Assembly: GCA_019057385.1 (NCBI GenBank)
Contig: JAHQJS010000006.1
Coordinates: forward strand, 128,001-192,000
DNA length: 64,000 bases
Reading direction: 5' to 3'
Origin: Candidatus Borrarchaeum weybense
GTDB lineage: Archaea > Asgardarchaeota > Sifarchaeia > Borrarchaeales > Borrarchaeaceae
Below are positions 58,507-64,000 of the stretch, piece by piece. The position numbers and the translations under genes were made by a program. The notes below the pieces were generated by a model, which worked only from the letters and a program-made list of their open reading frames with translations, searched no databases and was not told the DNA's origin. Position 1 is the stretch's first letter; each line of letters opens with the position of its first letter.

Positions 58507-59712
58507 ATGGAAATCGGAGAATTCTTCGCTGTAAGGCCAAAAGAAGGTCTTGAAGAGCTTGAATCCCACGAGTTGAAGTATGGAAACGGTGCAATTCAAG
58601 CTATAATGAATTTCATGCTAAAAAACCAATTAGTTGATGTCTTCTTGTCATTTACAGAACGTAAAGATCATTTTTCACTTAAACCGGTTATTGTAGAAGA
58701 GCCCAAAGAAATATTTGATATTTCTCTTTCACAATTTATTGCGTATAATTTACCAAACATCGATTCTGTTTCAAAATATGTTGCCTCTAAACTCAACGGG
58801 GCAAAAGATAACGACAAAAAAATAGGGGTAATTGCCAGACCCTGTGATATTAGAGCGTTCATAGAACTGGCAAAACGTGATCAAATTTCACTTGATAATC
58901 TTTTTGTGATTGGGCTCGAATGTATTGGTCGAATAGACCCAAGAGAACTCAAAAAAGTCCTTAAAAAAGCCGAGATTGACCCTGAAAGTGTGGTTAACGA
59001 AATAATAAATAACGGAGTCTTGACTCTGGAACTTAATACTGGAACAACTCAAGCCTTCAAGTTGGGCGAAGAAATCGATGTCAGGAGTTATTGTAATCAG
59101 TGCCCAAAGAAGGTTCCGAAAGAAAATGTTGCAGATTTAACCTTCTGGATTGATCATCCTCTTGAAGGAAATGAAGAGATTTTTGAAGTTCGTTCTACGC
59201 AGGGAAAGGAAGTGTTGGAGAAAGCAGCAACTGAAGTAATCGAGGTAGAAAAGCTTTCGGATGAGAATATTCAACAACTCAAGAATTACATTGCCTCCTT
59301 AGAACAAACTGCGCTTGAGCTGCAAGAGTCCGAATTTGCCAAGTTAGACGAAATGTCTGATGAAGAGCGGTTTGATTATATAATTTCAAACTTCGAGCAA
59401 TGCACGAGTTGTATGATGTGTATCCGTGCATGCCCGATCTGCTATTGTAAAGATTGTAATGTTGTACGAAGAAGAAAGGAATTAGATCCTATTATGATTA
59501 ATTTAACCCGCCTATCTCACGTAGGAGATACGTGCATCGCATGCGGAAAATGTAGCGAGGTCTGCCCGAAGTCGATTCCGCTATGTCTCATTTCAAAGAA
59601 ACTAGTGGAAGATTTAAAAGAACTCTGGCCTGGTCACGAGCCTGGTCACACTATAGAGGAAATTCCGCCAAGATCTTGGAAAGGCATGAAAGCAGCGAGT
59701 GGCGCTGAATAA
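58507..59712 (+). CDS. FdhB/FrhB-like F420-interacting flavo-Fe-S subunit
   Basis: GVIARPCDIRAFIELAKRDQI, IGLECIG, CxxC, C-terminal 2x[4Fe-4S]. Confidence 0.85.
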   Translation: MEIGEFFAVRPKEGLEELESHELKYGNGAIQAIMNFMLKNQLVDVFLSFTERKDHFSLKPVIVEEPKEIFDISLSQFIAYNLPNIDSVSKYVASKLNGAKDNDKKIGVIARPCDIRAFIELAKRDQISLDNLFVIGLECIGRIDPRELKKVLKKAEIDPESVVNEIINNGVLTLELNTGTTQAFKLGEEIDVRSYCNQCPKKVPKENVADLTFWIDHPLEGNEEIFEVRSTQGKEVLEKAATEVIEVEKLSDENIQQLKNYIASLEQTALELQESEFAKLDEMSDEERFDYIISNFEQCTSCMMCIRACPICYCKDCNVVRRRKELDPIMINLTRLSHVGDTCIACGKCSEVCPKSIPLCLISKKLVEDLKELWPGHEPGHTIEEIPPRSWKGMKAASGAE

Positions 59713-59762
59713 TTAAATAATTCTCAAACTGTCAATAAACCATCAAAATCAGTTATGAGGGT

Positions 59763-60929
59763 ATGAAATTGCAAAAAAGCATGATGACTGCTGAAGATAT
59801 AGTAGATTATTGTTATCAATGTGGCAAATGCTCTGGCAAATGCCCACTCGGACATATTATGGAATCGCCTAGAGTTATAATTCAGAAAGTACTTTCAGGA
59901 GACACCGAAGAGGTGATAAAGTCTAAAGATGTTTGGCGATGCCTCACGTGCAATGAATGCACAGTTCCAGAGTGTCCAATGGCTATCAATTTTGCTGAGT
60001 TTATTCGGACAATACGTACCAATGCGGTACGTGAGGGCTACCAAAACTTCAGAGAAACACATCACGAGGTTTTCAAAACAGCAACTAGATTAATGGCAAA
60101 CCCTAATATTAAGCCGAACAAATTATTGAACTGGCCAGAAGATGCTAAAATAAGTAAGGAAGGAGAAACTGCCCTCTTTGTTGGTTGTTTAGAGTTTTTT
60201 GATAACGTCTCTTATTTTGCCGATATGGGAGCTAAGTACGGTGAGATTTCAAAAGATGCTGTGAGAATCCTTAATGAATTAAATATTGTCCCTGTAGTCG
60301 TTGAGGACGAGAAATGTTGTGGACATGACGTTCTATGGTCTGGCGATGAAGAAACTTTTCTGAAATTGGCAGAGTACAATACAACTGCCTTTAAGAAAGC
60401 TAATGTGAAGCGTATTATAACTACTTGCGCAGAATGCTACCGCACATTAGCAGTAGATTATCCGAATTACGTGCCAGATTTTGATTTTGAGGTTATCCAT
60501 CTCTCCGAATTTCTTGCAAAGAAAATTGATGAAGGAAAATTAAAATTCCCCAGACATTTTAACAGAGTGGTAACGTATCACGATCCATGTCGACTAGGAC
60601 GACACATGAGTGTTTACGATGCTCCTAGAAAAGTGATGGAGCGTATCCCAGGTCTTACCTTAAAAGAAATGAAGAAGAATAAAGAGAAAGCGCTCTGTTG
60701 TGGTGTCAGTTCTTGGCTTAATTGTGATGATTATGCAAAAGCAATAAGGATAGACAGATTGACTGATGCACAAAACACAGGAGCACAAATATTAGTGAAT
60801 ACGTGCCCCAAGTGTGAGATGCATTTCAATTGTCTGAGATGTGAAAAAGGTGAGGACAAACCTTTAGATTTTACAAAATTAGAAGTAATGGACTTCGTGA
60901 CGCTTGTCGCAAAGGCTTTAGGTATTTAA
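59763..60929 (+). CDS. HdrD-like (HdrC + two CCG domains) Fe-S oxidoreductase
   Basis: CYQCGKCSGKCP, WRCLTC..C...CP, CCG, YHDPCRLGR, CCG..CPKC. Confidence 0.88.
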   Translation: MKLQKSMMTAEDIVDYCYQCGKCSGKCPLGHIMESPRVIIQKVLSGDTEEVIKSKDVWRCLTCNECTVPECPMAINFAEFIRTIRTNAVREGYQNFRETHHEVFKTATRLMANPNIKPNKLLNWPEDAKISKEGETALFVGCLEFFDNVSYFADMGAKYGEISKDAVRILNELNIVPVVVEDEKCCGHDVLWSGDEETFLKLAEYNTTAFKKANVKRIITTCAECYRTLAVDYPNYVPDFDFEVIHLSEFLAKKIDEGKLKFPRHFNRVVTYHDPCRLGRHMSVYDAPRKVMERIPGLTLKEMKKNKEKALCCGVSSWLNCDDYAKAIRIDRLTDAQNTGAQILVNTCPKCEMHFNCLRCEKGEDKPLDFTKLEVMDFVTLVAKALGI

Positions 60930-60944
60930 CTGGGAGGTTCATAC

Positions 60945-62498
60945 ATGGCTAGTCCCAACGAGTCAAACAATGTCGTCTTGGTTATTGGTGGTGGAATTGC
61001 AGGTATCCAGTCTTCATTAGACCTTGCGAAATTGGGTTTTAATATATACCTTGTTGAAAAACGCCCTAGTATTGGAGGCATAATGGCGCAACTCGACAAA
61101 TTATATCCTTCAATGGAAAACAGTCTGTATCACTTAACTCCGAAAATGGGTGATGTACTAGAAAACCCAAATATCGCATTACTCACCTATTCTGAAGTGA
61201 CAAATGTTGATGGATCCGCAGGCGACTTTAAAGTGACTATTCTGCAGCATCCACGCTTTGTCGATGGTACAAAATGCGATGCATGCGATACATGTACGAC
61301 GGTTTGCCCAATGGTGACCGTGGACACAGATTTCGATATGGGGCTGGGAAAAAGAAAAGCAGCGTACACACCATTTACACAGGCAGTACCAAAAACATAC
61401 GTGATCGATAAAGATATCTGCTTATATTTCAACAACAAAATGTGCCAGAGTTGTCAAAAATTATGCCCAAAAGGCGCTATTAACTTTGATCAGGAGCCAG
61501 TTGAGAGGCAAATCGATGTAAATGCGATAATTGTCGCAACTGGGGTACTACGATATAACATATCAAATCTATCAAAGTATGGCTATGATTTTGAAAATGT
61601 TTTGACAGGATTGGAATTTGAAAGAATTCTAACATCGAATGGACCTACTGAGGGTCAAATAATTAGAATTTCTGACAGGCAAATACCAGAAACCATTGCA
61701 TTCATTCCCTTAGACTCATCAAAGTCACAAAAAGCGGTTGCAATAAAACAAAGTATTGAATCCAAAGAAAGAAATCCCAACATAGAGTGCGTTGTTCTCA
61801 TGGATGGAACTTTAGAAGATGAGAAGTTTGCCACATTTATTCAAAGGTCAATGGCAGACGGTGTCAGTTATATTGATGGGATTATTTCCGCAGTAGAAGA
61901 AGATCCAGATCGCAAAGATTTGATTCTTCAATACAAAGACAAAAATTCAGAGGAAAATAAAGAAATAAAAGTCAATATGGCAATCCTCTTTGACCAATTA
62001 CTTCCTTCAAAGGAAGAGATGACCCAGCTGGCATCAGTTTTGGGGTTAAAACTAACCAAGAAAGGGTTCTTTAAAAAGAAATCAAAATCAGAAACTGTTG
62101 AAACAAAAAAGGCTGGAGTCTTTGCTATAGGTGCTGGGCTGCAACCAGAAGATGTTTCGTTGGTATTAACTGATGTTAATACGGTAGTATCAAAAATCGC
62201 CTCACAATTTGCACCACCAGAACTATGGACGCCTAAAGCATTCGTTGAAACAGAATATTGCATTGGTTGCGGATATTGTAGAGAGGCCTGTCCCTTTTAT
62301 GCTATTAGCCTGCAGGTAGTAGAACTAGAGTTACCTGTGGCAGAGGTGGCGGGTATACCTCTCAAAACAAGAAAGGCACAGGTACATGAAAGTCTCTGTA
62401 GAGGTTGCGGAATCTGCGTTTCAGAATGTCCTGTTCAAGCCATCAGATATGGTGACCCACAAACATTGGAGCAAGTACTTTCGGCACCTGTTGAATAG
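60945..62498 (+). CDS. Degenerate HdrA paralog lacking N-terminal domain and several Cys ligands
   Basis: GGGIAG and EFERIL kept; DCSxC replaced by ENSLY; QCVGSR..CS..CC absent. Confidence 0.85.
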   Translation: MASPNESNNVVLVIGGGIAGIQSSLDLAKLGFNIYLVEKRPSIGGIMAQLDKLYPSMENSLYHLTPKMGDVLENPNIALLTYSEVTNVDGSAGDFKVTILQHPRFVDGTKCDACDTCTTVCPMVTVDTDFDMGLGKRKAAYTPFTQAVPKTYVIDKDICLYFNNKMCQSCQKLCPKGAINFDQEPVERQIDVNAIIVATGVLRYNISNLSKYGYDFENVLTGLEFERILTSNGPTEGQIIRISDRQIPETIAFIPLDSSKSQKAVAIKQSIESKERNPNIECVVLMDGTLEDEKFATFIQRSMADGVSYIDGIISAVEEDPDRKDLILQYKDKNSEENKEIKVNMAILFDQLLPSKEEMTQLASVLGLKLTKKGFFKKKSKSETVETKKAGVFAIGAGLQPEDVSLVLTDVNTVVSKIASQFAPPELWTPKAFVETEYCIGCGYCREACPFYAISLQVVELELPVAEVAGIPLKTRKAQVHESLCRGCGICVSECPVQAIRYGDPQTLEQVLSAPVE

Positions 62499-62610
62499 AT
62501 TCCAATCTAAACTTATCCTCTCTGGTGCCTTCATAAAAAGACGTGATGCAAAAACAGCATGTTAAATAATGTTCAAAAACTGACACGATGGAAAGATTAA
62601 AAGAGATCGT

Positions 62611-62640
62611 TTCAGCTCATATATTTGAAATTCAGCTCAT
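62611..62640 (+). repeat. TTCAGCTCAT direct repeat (20-bp spacing) upstream of fwdA
   Basis: Identical 10-mers at 62611 and 62631. Confidence 0.55.
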
Positions 62641-62658
62641 CTAAATATGGTGGTAACA

Positions 62659-64000
62659 TTGACAAGGAATCTGTTAATCAAAAATGGAACCGTTTTTGAC
62701 CCAACTAACGAAATTGACGGCGAGAAAATAGATATTGCTATCAAAGACGGGAAAATTGTCGAGAAAGTACCCAAAGATGCTAAAATTATAGATGCTTCAA
62801 ATATGATCGTGATGCCTGGTGGAGTCGACCTTCATGCGCACATTGCAGGGAGCAAAGTAAACAGTGGTCGGCTCTTCAGACCTGAAGATCATCGTTATGA
62901 GGTTTACGCACGTACAGCTACGACTCGCGCTGGCGTGGGACATTCAGTTCCCTCGACATTTACGGCAGGATATCGCTATGTAAATATGGGTTATACTACG
63001 GTAATGGAACCAGCAGTACCTCCACTGAAAGCCAGACATACCCACGAGGAACTAAGAGATACACCCATAATTGATAAGGCGTGCTTCCCACTCTTTGGAA
63101 ACAACTGGTTCGTATTAGAATGCATTGCAAACGACAACCTTGACATGCTTGCCGCATTTATTGCATGGATGCTCAAAGCAACAAAAGGATATGCCATCAA
63201 GCTCGTCAATCCGGGCGGATCAGAAGCCTGGAGTTGGGGTAGAAACGTGGACTCTTTAGATGATCCCGTTCCTAGTTTTAATGTTACTCCACGCCAGATC
63301 ATTAGATACTTGGCACAAGCAAACGAAAAACTAGGGCTTCCTCATCCAATCCATCTCCATACGGTAAATCTCGGACAACCTGGTAACGTTGAAATTACTA
63401 TTGAAACGATGAAAGCGCTAAAAGACATTAAGGTAGCAGGAAATGGGAATGGAGGGCGTAAAGAAGTTCTTCATATGACACATCTTCAATTTCATAGCTA
63501 CGGTGGAACTGGTTGGAGAGATTTCGGTTCTGGTGCCGCTGAAATAGCGGATTATTTGAATAAGAACGACCATGTAAGCTTCGATCTCGGGCAAATAATG
63601 TTCGGAGACACGACTACAATGACTGCGGATGGTCCAATGGAGTATAGCCTATATAAACTGACACATAACAAATGGATGAACGGAGATGTCGAATTAGAAT
63701 GTGGCTCAGGAATAGTGCCTTTTACATATTCTAGAAAAAACCCAGTGAACTCCATTCAGTGGACAATTGGAATGGAATATGCATTATTAATTGAAGATCC
63801 TTGGCGGGTAGTTCTAACAACTGACCATCCTAACGGAGGTCCTTTTACTACATATCCTGGCTTAATTTCATGGCTTATGAGTAAAAAAGCACGTGACGAC
63901 ATATTGAAAGGTGCACATAAAAAAGCAACCAGCGCAAGCACATTAAGTGACATCGACAGAGAACTGACCTTCTATGAAATTGCAATCATGACGCGAGCAG
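62659..64000 (+). CDS. fwdA: Formylmethanofuran dehydrogenase subunit A (runs off 3' end; missing from ORF track)
   Basis: Manual translation LLIKNGTVFDP.NEIDGE, GGVDLHAHIAGSKVN.GR.FRPEDH, TTDHPNGGPF. Confidence 0.95.
   Translation, partial: MTRNLLIKNGTVFDPTNEIDGEKIDIAIKDGKIVEKVPKDAKIIDASNMIVMPGGVDLHAHIAGSKVNSGRLFRPEDHRYEVYARTATTRAGVGHSVPSTFTAGYRYVNMGYTTVMEPAVPPLKARHTHEELRDTPIIDKACFPLFGNNWFVLECIANDNLDMLAAFIAWMLKATKGYAIKLVNPGGSEAWSWGRNVDSLDDPVPSFNVTPRQIIRYLAQANEKLGLPHPIHLHTVNLGQPGNVEITIETMKALKDIKVAGNGNGGRKEVLHMTHLQFHSYGGTGWRDFGSGAAEIADYLNKNDHVSFDLGQIMFGDTTTMTADGPMEYSLYKLTHNKWMNGDVELECGSGIVPFTYSRKNPVNSIQWTIGMEYALLIEDPWRVVLTTDHPNGGPFTTYPGLISWLMSKKARDDILKGAHKKATSASTLSDIDRELTFYEIAIMTRA

Noticed and set aside
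62520-62600. Weak hairpins with AAAAAC loops as a second SECIS
   Set aside because: Short unstable stems without a convincing AUGA/GA core
1-64000. Genome-wide TGA or TAG reassignment, including pyrrolysine
   Set aside because: Many genes end in TGA or TAG at expected C-termini; no TAG-interrupted homologous frame was seen
1-64000. tRNA, rRNA or CRISPR arrays
   Set aside because: None recognised by eye; tRNAscan-SE/Infernal would be needed to exclude them

Overview
Archaeal chromosomal window. Group II chaperonins, GGAGGTGA-type Shine-Dalgarno sites, fwd/hdr/mvh genes, dnaK-dnaJ-grpE, selenoprotein genes with a eukaryote-like SECIS candidate and a divergent tubulin-family gene together suggest an Asgard archaeon (inference, not proven). 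Layout: (1) 1-20.1 kb, an AT-rich surface-glycosylation cluster (GT4/GT2, four GT-C-type membrane transferases, methyltransferases, deacetylase, WbpB/WbpD/WbpE-like trio). (2) 20.5-29 kb, a heat-shock block (grpE-dnaK-dnaJ-Phr/HSR1-like repressor, an internally deleted tnpB element, two thermosome subunits). (3) 29-46.8 kb, mixed genes, including a translationally coupled operon of a 906-aa helical protein, a tubulin/FtsZ-superfamily GTPase and a helical protein. (4) 47-64 kb, redox genes: a winged-helix DNA-binding domain fused to HdrA-MvhD in an operon with an atypical NiFe hydrogenase, then a Fwd-Hdr cluster. In that cluster hdrA and mvhD each carry two in-frame UGA (Sec) codons that the ORF track splits, followed by one SECIS-like three-way-junction RNA. 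Several genes appear to start at near-cognate codons (ATA, ATT, ACG, CTG). All assignments are from motif recognition by eye; no searches were run.
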